In this document: in pieces, positions 9,355-19,054 of the stretch
Position numbering within the stretch: position 1 is the first letter of the stretch
How the letters are laid out: each line of letters opens with the position of its first letter
Source of the DNA: Firmicutes bacterium UBA6811
Lineage (GTDB): Bacteria; Bacillota; SHA-98; UBA4971
NCBI GenBank assembly: GCA_002452295.1
Contig: DKEX01000092.1
Span: forward strand, 37-64,036
Reading direction: 5' to 3'
DNA: 64,000 nt
Translations under genes and position numbers: made by a program
Notes under the pieces: generated by a model
Told to the model about the DNA's origin: nothing
Database searches by the model: none
Seen by the model: only the letters and a program-made list of their open reading frames with translations

Positions 9355-10030
9355 CTTGAAAACCTCCTTTGATGTTCACTCGAGGACTCGCACCAGGGAA
9401 CCTTCTTGGCGATACCCCACGACCGGCGACTCGGGACCGTCTTCGGGGAGTCTCTCAACCCCTCGGCCCAGGGCCGCCCCGCGCCTGCCGGGCGCCGCTA
9501 CGGCGACAACCGCTCACCTCCCCCTTTCGCTTCCCATCGCTCACCGCCGCGCTGCCCCCGCGCGCTGCCCCGGCAACTCCGGGAACCTCCAGGCGCACCC
9601 ATCGGCTTACTTTGTTGTCTAGCTGAATGAACCACGCAGCAAGCCTCCAGGTATGCTCCGTGGCGAACGGCCTTGCGCATGTGCAAGACGCACACGGTAC
9701 CGACGCAGAGCCGCTCGTCAGAGGCGCCGCACGGGTCAGAGAAAACAGGCCGCGTCGCACGCCAGGGCCCGCGATGAGCGCAAGCACGGTGGGCCTCATG
9801 ACGGGACACCGCGCTTACCGGCACTTTCTAGCCTCGCTGAATGAACTCTCACTGGACCGTTCGACATCTCCCCGGAATCTCCTGCCGCAAGGAGGGTGTG
9901 CACCCACATTTTTGCGGCTCCTCCACGGGAAATCTGGACAGGGCCCAGCCGTGTCATGCGCCGCGTCGAAAGCAGGGTCCAAGGGAAAGGAGGAGTAGCG
10001 GCGAGTAAGGAAGAGAGGCGGCGCACGCCC

Positions 10031-10990
10031 TCAGGGCCTGCGGCTGCCGCCGGATGGCTCGAGGGCGAAATCGATGAGCATGTCAACGAGGTCAGGGAAT
10101 TCGATGCCCGCCGCCCTGGCGGCGTCGGGGAGGAGGCTGGTCTCGGTCATCCCCGGTATGGTGTTCACCTCCAGGATGTACGGCTCGTTGTCCGGCCCGA
10201 CGATGAAGTCGGCGCGGGACATGCCGCGGCAGCCCAGGGCCTTGTGGGCCCTCACGGCGGCGGCCTGGGCCGCCTCATACGTGTGCTCCGGTACGCGGGC
10301 CGGTATGATGTGCTCGCTCATGCCTTTCGTGTACTTGGCCTTGTAGTCATAGAGTCCGGTGGCGGAGATGATCTCGATGATGGGAAGGGCCCATGGCTCC
10401 CGGTTGCCCAGCACGCTCACGGTGATCTCCGTCCCCCTGATGTACTCCTCCACCACCGCTTCCTCATCGTACTCGAAGGCGCGCCGCAGGGCGTCGGGGA
10501 GGCCAGCCGGCTCCTTCACGAGGGTGAGGCCGATGGTGGACCCCTCCCTGTTCGGCTTCACTATGACCGGAAACCCGAAGGCCTCTTCGACCTCGCCGGC
10601 GACCTCGCCACCGGATGTGCCATCGAGCTCGCTCCCCGCGATAACCGTGCTCCGGGGGCAGATCAGCCCCTCGAGCTGGAAGAGCTTCTTCGACATAACC
10701 TTGTCCATGGCGAGCGCGCTTGCGAGAACGCCTGACCCGACATACGGTACACCCAGTATCTCGAGAAGCCCCTGCAGGCAACCGTCCTCGCCGTACCTGC
10801 CGTGCAGGGCGATGAAGACCACGTCCGGCCTTTGCCTCTGGAGAGCGGGGACCAGTCCCTCATCGAGGTCCAGGGCTATCACCTCATGACCCTTGCGTCT
10901 CAGCGCAAGGCCGACCTGCTCGCCCGTGCGCAGGGATATCTCCCTCTCGGCGGACTTGCCGCCCAACACCAGAGCAACCCTTCTCTTCAT
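10031..10990 (-). CDS. ddl: D-alanine--D-alanine ligase
   Basis: MKRRVALVLGGKSAEREISLRTGEQV at the N-terminus, with ATP-grasp motifs further in (VIVKPNREGSTIGL, EVNTIPGMT). Start is the ATG at 10990; the longer ORF to 11368 is an upstream read-through. Confidence 0.9.
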   Translation of the reverse strand: MKRRVALVLGGKSAEREISLRTGEQVGLALRRKGHEVIALDLDEGLVPALQRQRPDVVFIALHGRYGEDGCLQGLLEILGVPYVGSGVLASALAMDKVMSKKLFQLEGLICPRSTVIAGSELDGTSGGEVAGEVEEAFGFPVIVKPNREGSTIGLTLVKEPAGLPDALRRAFEYDEEAVVEEYIRGTEITVSVLGNREPWALPIIEIISATGLYDYKAKYTKGMSEHIIPARVPEHTYEAAQAAAVRAHKALGCRGMSRADFIVGPDNEPYILEVNTIPGMTETSLLPDAARAAGIEFPDLVDMLIDFALEPSGGSRRP

Positions 10991-11067
10991 GACGCCTCGA
11001 CGCGCCCGGCCCAACCGCGGCCAGGGAGCGCCTTCTCTCCTTTCCACGAGGGGCCGAGGCCCCATGC

Positions 11068-11289
11068 CTATAAGCCGTATATCAGCGGGGCCATGACCCG
11101 CACCGCGATGAGTGACAGCAGGGATACGTACAGGATCGCTGTCAGGGCCACAACGCCCACGGCGAGCGAGATGACCCCGCGCGACAGCGCCCCGGACCTG
11201 TGTGCATAGATCACCCAGGCCATCTCGAAGATGATGATGAGAGAGAGAATGGCCGCACACCTCAGCATCCAGGCAAGACCCACGGTCAT
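11068..11289 (-). CDS. Small hypothetical membrane protein (2 TM)
   Basis: 73-aa ORF between surE and ddl on the same strand, with two hydrophobic helices. RBS is weak and no family is recognised. Confidence 0.35.
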   Translation of the reverse strand: MTVGLAWMLRCAAILSLIIIFEMAWVIYAHRSGALSRGVISLAVGVVALTAILYVSLLSLIAVRVMAPLIYGL

Positions 11290-11313
11290 ACCCCCGGTCG
11301 GGAAGCGAGTCTT

Positions 11314-12117
11314 CTACATAGTATGCCGCCCACCGGGGAAATGCGAAGAGGAGGCGCCGATGCCCCATCCTTTCAACTCGTCGATGAGGTCGTACCTCGT
11401 GAGGTCCAGGTGGATCGGGGTTATCGAGACGATGTTGCTCCGGATGGCAACTGCATCGGTCTCCTCGTCCTCATCGCAGTCGACCACGTCCCCGGCCATC
11501 CAGTAGTAGGTCCGGCCCCTCGGGTCTATCCTGCGGTCGAACACGTCCTTCCACTTGCGCGCGCCGAGCCTCGTGATGGCGACGCCCGCCACATCGTCCT
11601 CGTCAACCGACGGGACGTTGATGTTGAGGAGTGTGGCCGGGGGGAGGCCCCTCTCCAGCACCTTCGAGACCATCCTCACCCCGAACTTCGCCGCGAAGTC
11701 GTAGATGCAGTTCTCGAAGGCCGCCACCGAGAGCGCCATCGAGGGCAGCCCGCATATGGCCCCCTCCACCGCCGCGGAGACCGTGCCCGAGTACAGCACG
11801 TCGGTGCCGAGGTTGGGGCCGCGGTTGATGCCCGACACCACCACGTCGGGCCGCCTCTCGAGCAAGGCCTCGACGGCCAGCTTCACGCAGTCTGACGGTG
11901 TCCCGTCCACGGCCCAGGCCTCAGCGTCCAGCCCTGGAATCGTAACCTTCTCGACCCTGAGGGGACGGAGCACCGTGATGGCATGGCCGGTGGCGCTCCT
12001 CTCCCGGTCGGGGGCGACCACCACGACCTCACCCAGGGTGGCGAGCTCGGCAGCGAGGGCACGAATGCCATCGGCCAGGATCCCATCGTCGTTCGTCACG
12101 AGTATCCTCACCGCCAT
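11314..12117 (-). CDS. surE: 5'/3'-nucleotidase SurE
   Basis: MAVRILVTNDDGILADGIRALA N-terminus and the SGINRGPNLG motif. Confidence 0.9.
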   Translation of the reverse strand: MAVRILVTNDDGILADGIRALAAELATLGEVVVVAPDRERSATGHAITVLRPLRVEKVTIPGLDAEAWAVDGTPSDCVKLAVEALLERRPDVVVSGINRGPNLGTDVLYSGTVSAAVEGAICGLPSMALSVAAFENCIYDFAAKFGVRMVSKVLERGLPPATLLNINVPSVDEDDVAGVAITRLGARKWKDVFDRRIDPRGRTYYWMAGDVVDCDEDEETDAVAIRSNIVSITPIHLDLTRYDLIDELKGWGIGASSSHFPGGRHTM

Positions 12118-12121
12118 GCCG

Positions 12122-12787
12122 TCACTCCTCGTACCCGACCCTGTACACTCCCTCGACCTCGGCTATGTCGTCGAGCAGCCTGTCCTTGCGCACCGAGAAC
12201 GGAACCTCCAGCGCAAGGTGCAGCGACGCCTCGTGCCCGGCCTCCAGGGTCTCCATCTCCACGTCCTTGATGCTCACGCCGTACTTTCCGAGCACCGTGG
12301 CAATGGCCCCAAGCTGGCCGGGCCGGTCCTGCATCTGCACGAAGAGAGTGTCCCGCTTCGTGTAGATGAACCTGCGCTCGAACCGGTCGAGCGCGATAAG
12401 CACGACCACCACGATGCCGGTGGTCATGGCGCCCGCAAGGTAGAACCCGGTTCCAACGGCCAGCCCGATGCCGGCCACCACCCACAGGCTCGCCGCGGTG
12501 GTGAGGCCCTTGATGGTGGCACCCTCTCTCAGGATCGTTCCCGCGCCAAGGAATCCTATGCCGCTGACCACCTGCGCCGCGATGCGCCCGGGATCATACT
12601 GGATAACCCGTGTGAAGCCAACGAATGCGTACTGCGAGATCATCATGATGAGCGCAGAGCCGACGCACACCAGGATGTGAGTTCTGAACCCGGCGGGGCG
12701 CTTGTGGCTCTCGCGCTCCAGCCCAATGAGGCCCCCGAACAACACCGCCAGGACCAGGCGCAGCACCATCTCTGTCTGGGGAATCAT
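12122..12787 (-). CDS. MgtC/SapB family membrane protein with C-terminal ACT-like domain
   Basis: MVLRLVLAVLFGGLIGLERESHKRPAGFRTHILVCVGSAL. ATG at 12787 is preceded by AGGAGGTGG. The ORF upstream to 13009 is non-coding-like. Confidence 0.85.
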   Translation of the reverse strand: MIPQTEMVLRLVLAVLFGGLIGLERESHKRPAGFRTHILVCVGSALIMMISQYAFVGFTRVIQYDPGRIAAQVVSGIGFLGAGTILREGATIKGLTTAASLWVVAGIGLAVGTGFYLAGAMTTGIVVVVLIALDRFERRFIYTKRDTLFVQMQDRPGQLGAIATVLGKYGVSIKDVEMETLEAGHEASLHLALEVPFSVRKDRLLDDIAEVEGVYRVGYEE

Positions 12788-12887
12788 GTCGCCACCTCCT
12801 GACTGGCGCAGGCGGGCGCCCTCCTCCGGCAACTCTCTCCACATCTCCCGCCACAGCCCACGGCCACCTGCACACTGGTTGAATTGA

Positions 12888-12916
12888 ATTATAGCACACC
12901 CTGCCGCCCCCGGAAA
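12888..12916 (-). promoter_or_regulatory. Candidate sigma-A promoter for the mgtC-like gene
   Basis: Minus-strand TTTCCG-N17-TGcTATAAT, with a perfect extended -10, ~100 nt upstream of the ATG. Confidence 0.4.
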
Positions 12917-13030
12917 GGGAACAAGAGGCGGCGTATGCGTTCCGGCCGCAGGCCGCGGCCGAAACCCACTCGCCGCCAGGCTCAACTTCCACCCACTCAC
13001 AACTCGCACACGCGCAAATACCGGAAATCG

Positions 13031-13927
13031 CTAGCCGCTCGCCCTCTGCGCGCCCTGGTCGCGCTCGTTGAGCACCCGCATGGCGACCGCGTGAACGACG
13101 CCCCTGACGTGCTCCAGCGCCTCGAGCACCGGCCTTGTGGCGTCCTCGCCGCAAAGCTCCCTGAGCGCCTGGAGCGCATAAAACCGGAGATCCTCATTCT
13201 CCAGGCATACCCTCACAAGGGGCTCCACCGCCCTCCGGTCGCCCAGCGCGCGCAGCGCCTGGATGGCGCCGTACCGCACGTCGGTGGACTCATCTGCGAG
13301 CGCCGCGATCAGGCGCTCCAGGGCCCTGAGGTCGCCCAGCTTACGCAGGGCCTCGACCGCCTCGTACCTCACCTGCGGGTCGGCGTCGCCGAGCACGGCC
13401 GAAAGGCGCGGAACCGCCTTCCTATACTTGAGCTCCCCGAGCAGTTTTGCGGCCCTCCGGCGGACGTTCCTGTCGGGGCTGTCGACGGCGGCGGTTACGG
13501 CGCGCGCAACCGCATCCCTCGGGAACTTCATTATCGCGTGGGTGATGCTGTACCCGACGTAGGGGCTCTCCTCCTTGAGGGCCTTCACAAGGGGTTCGAG
13601 CGCCCGCTCGTCACCGATTGACCCCAGGCCCTCCGCGGCCCAGCTTCGAACGGAGTCGTCCACATCGTCGAGGGCGTATATGAGCACATCGACCGCCCTC
13701 GGCTCAGGCAGCTTGCTCAACCCGTACGCCGCGCCCCGCCGGGCAAACACGTCGCCCTCCCGGAGAGCCCCGATGAGGACATCGACGATCTGCCCCCGGA
13801 CCACGGCGACCTCGACCCGAGCCTGGTCGCGCCCCTCGCCGCCGAGCCTATCCAGGTCCTCTTCGAGGCACGTCAACTGGTGGATGAGGACATCGATCCT
13901 GTCGGTTTTGTCCAGCACCGGGATCAC
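13031..13927 (-). CDS. HEAT-repeat (PBS-lyase-like) protein
   Basis: Repeated ~31-aa units of the form VR..A..ALG.LGD.RA..PL..AL.D (for example DADPQVRYEAVEALRKLGDLRALERLIAALADESTDVRYGAIQALRALGDRRAVEPL). Confidence 0.8.
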   Translation of the reverse strand: MIPVLDKTDRIDVLIHQLTCLEEDLDRLGGEGRDQARVEVAVVRGQIVDVLIGALREGDVFARRGAAYGLSKLPEPRAVDVLIYALDDVDDSVRSWAAEGLGSIGDERALEPLVKALKEESPYVGYSITHAIMKFPRDAVARAVTAAVDSPDRNVRRRAAKLLGELKYRKAVPRLSAVLGDADPQVRYEAVEALRKLGDLRALERLIAALADESTDVRYGAIQALRALGDRRAVEPLVRVCLENEDLRFYALQALRELCGEDATRPVLEALEHVRGVVHAVAMRVLNERDQGAQRASG

Positions 13928-14161
13928 CCCCGCACCTCGCCGGGACCCCTGTCACCCCGGCCCGAATTGGCCTCGTCCCCACTCGCCCGGGGGTCGGCAC
14001 AAGGAAGGCTGCGACACTGCCGCCTGCGCAAAACCATGCCACGGCGACCGGGCCGGCGCCTCCAAGGTGCACGATAGTACGTGGTAGCTGAAAGAGACAA
14101 GAGTCGGAAGCATGTCAGTGTTTCGACGTGGGGCGGTCGATTCCTGCCGCCACCCTGAAAC

Positions 14162-14524
14162 TCAGAGCGCTTTCATCCCGCAGTGTGGGCACCTGTCCGC
14201 ATCGAGGGGCATCGTGTCGTGGCACCTCAGGCACTCCTTCTTGACAGGCTTCCCGCAGTGCGGGCAGAAAGCAAGGTTGTGAATGTACCTGCGCTTGCAG
14301 TGAGGGCACACGAGAAGGGCGCCGCGCGGCCTCAGCAGAAGGTACGCTCCGAAGATGATCGGGACCCCGATATACCTCATCATCAGCGCGCTTATGACGA
14401 TCCCTGCCGCCCAGAGCAAGGGATTGGCGTCGCGGCCGCGCGCGTCCCGGAAGGTCCACCACGCGGCGATACCCGCCACCACAAGGGTGGCGATGGTAAC
14501 AGGCCAGTTTACACCGAGTTTCAT
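14162..14524 (-). CDS. Membrane protein with C-terminal double zinc-ribbon
   Basis: Three hydrophobic segments followed by CPHCKRR...CPHCGKPV..ECLRC...CPHCG cysteine pairs. Confidence 0.6.
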   Translation of the reverse strand: MKLGVNWPVTIATLVVAGIAAWWTFRDARGRDANPLLWAAGIVISALMMRYIGVPIIFGAYLLLRPRGALLVCPHCKRRYIHNLAFCPHCGKPVKKECLRCHDTMPLDADRCPHCGMKAL

Positions 14525-14597
14525 GGCTCCGTCGCCGGCCGAGCGGCATCTCTGCCGCTCTATGAGCCGGCCTCCCCTCCCCCGTCGGATGAATGGT

Positions 14598-15617
14598 TCA
14601 GTGGACGAACATCGAAGCTGTCTCCGCCTGCGGGCCGCGCGTCATCAGGTCGGTGACCGCCTGCCTCGGGTCGAGGCCCGAGAACAGGATCTCCTGCAGC
14701 TTGGCTGCCACAGGCATGTCCACGCCAAGACGGCGCGCGAGAGCCAGCGCAGCCCTGGTGGTAGGAACGCCTTCCACCACCATCCGCGTCGAGGCCAGCA
14801 CCTCGTCCACCTTTCGGCCGCGCCCTATCTCCATCCCCGCCCGGCGATTGCGCGAGTGCATGCTCATGCACGTCACCACAAGGTCCCCCATGCCTGATAG
14901 CCCCGCAAAGGTGAGCGGGCTCGCCCCCATTGCTATTCCGAGGCGCGCGATCTCCGCGAGGCCCCTCGTCATGAGGGCTGCGCGCGTGTTGTCGCCGAAC
15001 CCGAGCCCATCAGCGATACCGGTGGCAAGCGCGACCACGTTCTTGAGGGCGCCTCCGAGCTCCACCCCGATGACGTCGTGGCTTGTGTACACGCGCATGG
15101 TCGGACACATGAGGGCGTCCTGCGCGAGGTGTGCCACCCTCTCCACGGCCGACGCGGCCACGATCGCGGTGGGCACCTCCCGCGCGACCTCCTCAGCGTG
15201 GCTCGGGCCGGATATCACCCCGACGTTGTCGTGGAGCTCGGGAGGGATCTCCTCCGTTATCACCTGGGACAGGCGCAGGAGCGACCCTTCCTCGATCCCC
15301 TTCCCCGCATGGATGAGGACGTGGTCTCTCGTGAGGTGCGACCGGGCCGCTCGAACGACCCCGCGCATGTGTTGCGACGGGACGGGCATGAGCAGCAGGG
15401 CGTTTCCCCGGACCACCTCCGCAAGGTCGGTGGTGGCGCAAACGCCCTCGGGGATCACGACCCCCGGCAGGAACGTCTCGTTTGTGTGCGAGGTCGAGAT
15501 CTCGCGCGCCACCTCTTCCTCCCGCGCCCAGAGGTCCACATGGTACCCCTTGCGCGCGAGGAGCATGGAAAGCGCTGTCCCCCATCCCCCGGCCCCTATG
15601 ACGCCCGCACGCCTCAT
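14598..15617 (-). CDS. gpsA: NAD(P)H-dependent glycerol-3-phosphate dehydrogenase
   Basis: MRRAGVIGAGGWGTALSMLLARKG Rossmann N-terminus and the GALKNVVALATGIADGLGFGDN motif. Confidence 0.9.
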   Translation of the reverse strand: MRRAGVIGAGGWGTALSMLLARKGYHVDLWAREEEVAREISTSHTNETFLPGVVIPEGVCATTDLAEVVRGNALLLMPVPSQHMRGVVRAARSHLTRDHVLIHAGKGIEEGSLLRLSQVITEEIPPELHDNVGVISGPSHAEEVAREVPTAIVAASAVERVAHLAQDALMCPTMRVYTSHDVIGVELGGALKNVVALATGIADGLGFGDNTRAALMTRGLAEIARLGIAMGASPLTFAGLSGMGDLVVTCMSMHSRNRRAGMEIGRGRKVDEVLASTRMVVEGVPTTRAALALARRLGVDMPVAAKLQEILFSGLDPRQAVTDLMTRGPQAETASMFVH

Positions 15618-15642
15618 GCCAGCCACCCCTGACCTCCCATCG

Positions 15643-16242
15643 CTAGTCCGCTGGCTCTCCAAGCCGCCGCTCCCGGCCTTCCAGAAGGCGCCTGATGTTG
15701 GAGTGGTGTTTCACCAGGGCGATCCCACCAACCGCAGCCGCGAGCACAATGTACCCCCCGGGCATCCCAAGGGCCCACGCCACCACGGGCGCCAGCGCCG
15801 AGATCACCACCGACCCGAGGGACACGTATCGCGTCAGCGCCACGAGCACCGCCCAGATCGGGGCGAGGACCAGCACGGCCACGGGCATGCTGGCAAGCAT
15901 GATGCCGCTGCCGACCCCCATGCCCTTGCCCCCTCTGAACCCAAGAAAGACAGACCACGCTCCCCCCGCGGCCGCGGCGATGCCGCATACTGCGGCCCCT
16001 GCCACGCCGCCAGCGCCGTGGCCCAGGTACACGCTGAGGGCCCCCTTCCCCATGTCGCCCGCAAGCGCGGCAAGCGCGGGCCCCAGGCCGAGGACGCGCA
16101 GCACGTTCGTGGCGCCGATGTTCCCGCTGCCGCGCCGCGTCACGTCCACGCCTTTCCAGAACTTCCCTATAAGATACCCGAAGGGGATGGATCCCAGGAG
16201 ATAGCTCAAGATTACCAGCAGCACGAGCCTTCCCCAATCCAT
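15643..16242 (-). CDS. plsY: Glycerol-3-phosphate acyltransferase PlsY
   Basis: LLGSIPFGYLIGKFWKGVDVTRRGSGNIGATNVLR. Confidence 0.9.
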   Translation of the reverse strand: MDWGRLVLLVILSYLLGSIPFGYLIGKFWKGVDVTRRGSGNIGATNVLRVLGLGPALAALAGDMGKGALSVYLGHGAGGVAGAAVCGIAAAAGGAWSVFLGFRGGKGMGVGSGIMLASMPVAVLVLAPIWAVLVALTRYVSLGSVVISALAPVVAWALGMPGGYIVLAAAVGGIALVKHHSNIRRLLEGRERRLGEPAD

Positions 16243-16262
16243 GATCTCTCCTCCGATCCCTT

Positions 16263-17597
16263 CTATCCTCTCCGGCGGAAGCCGAGCTTCACCGGGGTCC
16301 CCTCGAAGTCGAAGGCCTGGCGGAGCCTGTTCTCGAGGTATCGCCTGTACGAGAAGTGAACCAGGTCCGGGTCGTTCACAAAGAGCGAGAATGCCGGAGG
16401 CCTCACCCCCACCTGGGTCCCGTAGAAGATCCTGAGCCGGCGGCCCTTGTCCTGCGGCGGCTCGACCCTCATCTGGGCCTCCTCCAGCACCTCGTTGAGC
16501 ACCGAGGTGGTCACCCGGCGGGCATGGTTGTCGGCGACCTTCGCCACCGCACCCATCAGCCGCTCCACGCCCTCACCGCTCAGGGCGGACACGAACACCC
16601 GCGGCGCGTACGACAGGAAGGCGAGATCCACATCGATTATCTTCGCCAGCCTCGCCCGTGCCCCTTCCTCGTTCCGAATAAGATCCCACTTGTTCACCAC
16701 TATCACGGCGGCGCGCCCGGCCTCGTCGGCGTACCCCGCTATCCTCACGTCCTGTGCGGCGAGCCCCTCCGCCGCGTCGGCCACCACCAGAGCCACGTCG
16801 CACCTCTCCACCGCTCTCGCGGCCCGAAGCGCGCTGTAGCGCTCGATGGGAGTCCTCACCCTCGCCTTCCTGCGCATGCCCGCCGTGTCGATGATGACGA
16901 ACCTCCGGCCCTGCCATACGAACGGCGTGTCCAGCGCGTCCCTGGTCGTGCCGGGCTCGGGGCTCACGATGGACCGCTCCTCGCCGAGGATGGCGTTGAC
17001 CAGGGATGACTTGCCCACGTTGGGACGCCCGACCACCGCCACCCTCACCGCGGGCTCAGCCTCGAGGTCTCCGGCCTCCCCGGCCTCCCCGGCAGCCGGC
17101 TCTGGCAGATAGGCGACAATGGCATCGAGAAGGTCCCCCATCCCGGCGCCGTGGACCGAGGATACAGGGATGGGGTCGCCGAGCCCGAGAGCGTAGAATT
17201 CCACGTAGTCCTCCCGCCTGGCACCCTCCGCCTTGCTGACCACCAGGATCACCGGGCGGGCCGAGCGCCTGAGGATATCGGCGATGTCCTGGTCCTGCGG
17301 GATGAGGCCTGCCTTTGTGTCCACGACGAACAGGATGACATCGGCCTGCTCTATGGCCGCCCTGGCCTGCCCCATCGTCATCTCCTGTATGAAGTCGCGC
17401 TCCCCACCGGTCTCGATCCCCCCGGTGTCCACCAGCACGAACCGCCGCCCGGCCCACTCCACGCTGGCGTATATCCGGTCGCGCGTGACCCCCGGTGTCT
17501 CCTCCACGATCGCGTGTTGCGTGCGGGTTATCCTGTTGAAAAGCGCCGACTTCCCCACGTTCGGCCTGCCGACTATGGCGACTACCGGGGCTGCCAT
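16263..17597 (-). CDS. der: Ribosome-associated GTPase Der (EngA)
   Basis: Two G domains (GRPNVGKSALFNR and GRPNVGKSSLVNA) plus a KH-like C-terminus. ATG at 17597 has GAGAGGTGG upstream. Confidence 0.9.
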   Translation of the reverse strand: MAAPVVAIVGRPNVGKSALFNRITRTQHAIVEETPGVTRDRIYASVEWAGRRFVLVDTGGIETGGERDFIQEMTMGQARAAIEQADVILFVVDTKAGLIPQDQDIADILRRSARPVILVVSKAEGARREDYVEFYALGLGDPIPVSSVHGAGMGDLLDAIVAYLPEPAAGEAGEAGDLEAEPAVRVAVVGRPNVGKSSLVNAILGEERSIVSPEPGTTRDALDTPFVWQGRRFVIIDTAGMRRKARVRTPIERYSALRAARAVERCDVALVVADAAEGLAAQDVRIAGYADEAGRAAVIVVNKWDLIRNEEGARARLAKIIDVDLAFLSYAPRVFVSALSGEGVERLMGAVAKVADNHARRVTTSVLNEVLEEAQMRVEPPQDKGRRLRIFYGTQVGVRPPAFSLFVNDPDLVHFSYRRYLENRLRQAFDFEGTPVKLGFRRRG

Positions 17598-18940
17598 TCC
17601 AGGCCACCTCTCTTCAGCGCGCACGCCGCGAGCGCGCCGGGAGTAGGAGACGCCACATCCACCGGTGCACCCACAAGGCGCTCGAGGTCACCCACTGTCA
17701 TGTCATCGAGGAACCGGGTCTCACCCGCCTTGAGACAGACCCTCGGGATGATCACGGCATCGCACCCTCCACGGCCCACCGCCGCCACGAACGTTCTGGC
17801 AATATCCTGCCCGACGAGAAGGCCTGCGACACTCACGCGCGGCCCGAAGAACCTGTTCCTGACGAGAAGCGCCCGGCACGAAAGGCCCCTCGTGCGCGAA
17901 AGCAACTTGCAGGTCTCATCGATCACCGGGAATGCGGCCTCCCCGGTGACCGCGACCACTCTCGCTGCGACCCTCGCCTCGCCGCGCGGCAGCGTCTCCC
18001 TCATCTCGTCGCGTTCATCGATGTAGTCACGCAGGAGGCCGACGCCGTTCTCGATCTGCGGAAAGTCCTCGTACGCCTCCCGGCCTGGTACCGGCCTCCC
18101 TGCTCTCAGGTAGAGCTCATCGGAGGCGAAGACGAACCTCGACGAGAAGATCGAGAGGAACTCCTCCTGCCACCGCTCGATGGCGTCCACCGCCCGCGCC
18201 GCGTCCTCCCGGGCGACCGGGGCGAGCGGGGGAAGCCCTCGCCTGTGCCGCGTGAGACCGACCGGGACCACTGCGCACGACCTCACCCCCGGGTAGAGGG
18301 CGGCGAGGTCGTGGACGGCCCTTTGCAGCTCGTCGCCGTCGTTGATCCCCGGGCACAGCACCACCTGCGTGTGGACGGCGATCCCGGCCGCAGCAAGCCT
18401 GGCAAGGCCTCTCATCACATCGCTGGGGCCCTTTCGGCCCAGCAGTCGCCCGCGCGTTATGGGGTCGGTCGAGTGCACCGAGACATAGAGGGGGGACAGC
18501 CTCATGGACACCAGCCGGTCGTAGTCCTCCTCCGTCAGGTTGGTGAGGGTGATGTAGCTTCCGGTCATGAACGAGAGCCTGAAGTCGTCGTCCCTGACGC
18601 GGAGGGCTCTGCGGACCCCGCGCGGAAGCTGGTCCACGAAACAGAACACGCACCGGTTCCGGCACCGTCTCACGCCGTCGAAGATGGCGTCGTCGAACTC
18701 GAGGCCGACGGGCTCGTCGTAGTCCTTCGTGACATCGACCACGAGCACCTCCCCGTCTGGCCTCTCCACCACGACGGAAACCTCCTCCTCGGCGCAGAGG
18801 AAGCGGTACTCGATCATATCCCTCACTGGCCTGCCGTTCACGCTGACAAGCCTATCTCCCGGGCGGATGCCCGCCTCGTCCGCGATGCTCCCCGGCCGGA
18901 CCCCGGAGATGATGGCGGTGCGCGCTGCACGCCTGGCCAT
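17582..18940 (-). CDS. DUF512 protein (PDZ plus radical-SAM-like domain)
   Basis: PDZ-like N-terminus (GVRPGSIADEAGIRPGDRLVSVNGRPV) and the CRNRCVFCFVDQLP cysteine motif. It sits upstream of der, as in many Firmicutes. Confidence 0.8.
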   Translation of the reverse strand: MARRAARTAIISGVRPGSIADEAGIRPGDRLVSVNGRPVRDMIEYRFLCAEEEVSVVVERPDGEVLVVDVTKDYDEPVGLEFDDAIFDGVRRCRNRCVFCFVDQLPRGVRRALRVRDDDFRLSFMTGSYITLTNLTEEDYDRLVSMRLSPLYVSVHSTDPITRGRLLGRKGPSDVMRGLARLAAAGIAVHTQVVLCPGINDGDELQRAVHDLAALYPGVRSCAVVPVGLTRHRRGLPPLAPVAREDAARAVDAIERWQEEFLSIFSSRFVFASDELYLRAGRPVPGREAYEDFPQIENGVGLLRDYIDERDEMRETLPRGEARVAARVVAVTGEAAFPVIDETCKLLSRTRGLSCRALLVRNRFFGPRVSVAGLLVGQDIARTFVAAVGRGGCDAVIIPRVCLKAGETRFLDDMTVGDLERLVGAPVDVASPTPGALAACALKRGGLEWQPR

Positions 18941-19054
18941 GTCCCTGGTGATCACTCCCGCCCCCGCCCTGTGATGGGCGCCACAGATTACAAGAAGAGG
19001 AGGGACATATGCCCTCCTCATGGAGATGAGCGCCACGTGCCGAGCTATCCCGGA

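Noticed and set aside
9600-9850. RNase P RNA-like fragments (CGGCTTAC, CTAGCTGAATGAAC, GTGCCGGTAAGCGCGGTG)
   Set aside because: The order of the motifs is wrong on both strands. The universal GAGGAAAGTCCGGGC block is absent, and so is any tmRNA, SRP or 6S signature. The similarity is treated as coincidental.
12788-13030. Possible M-box (Mg) riboswitch upstream of the mgtC-like gene
   Set aside because: The leader after the TATAAT box is about 95 nt with no M-box-like conserved helices. Only a promoter candidate was retained.
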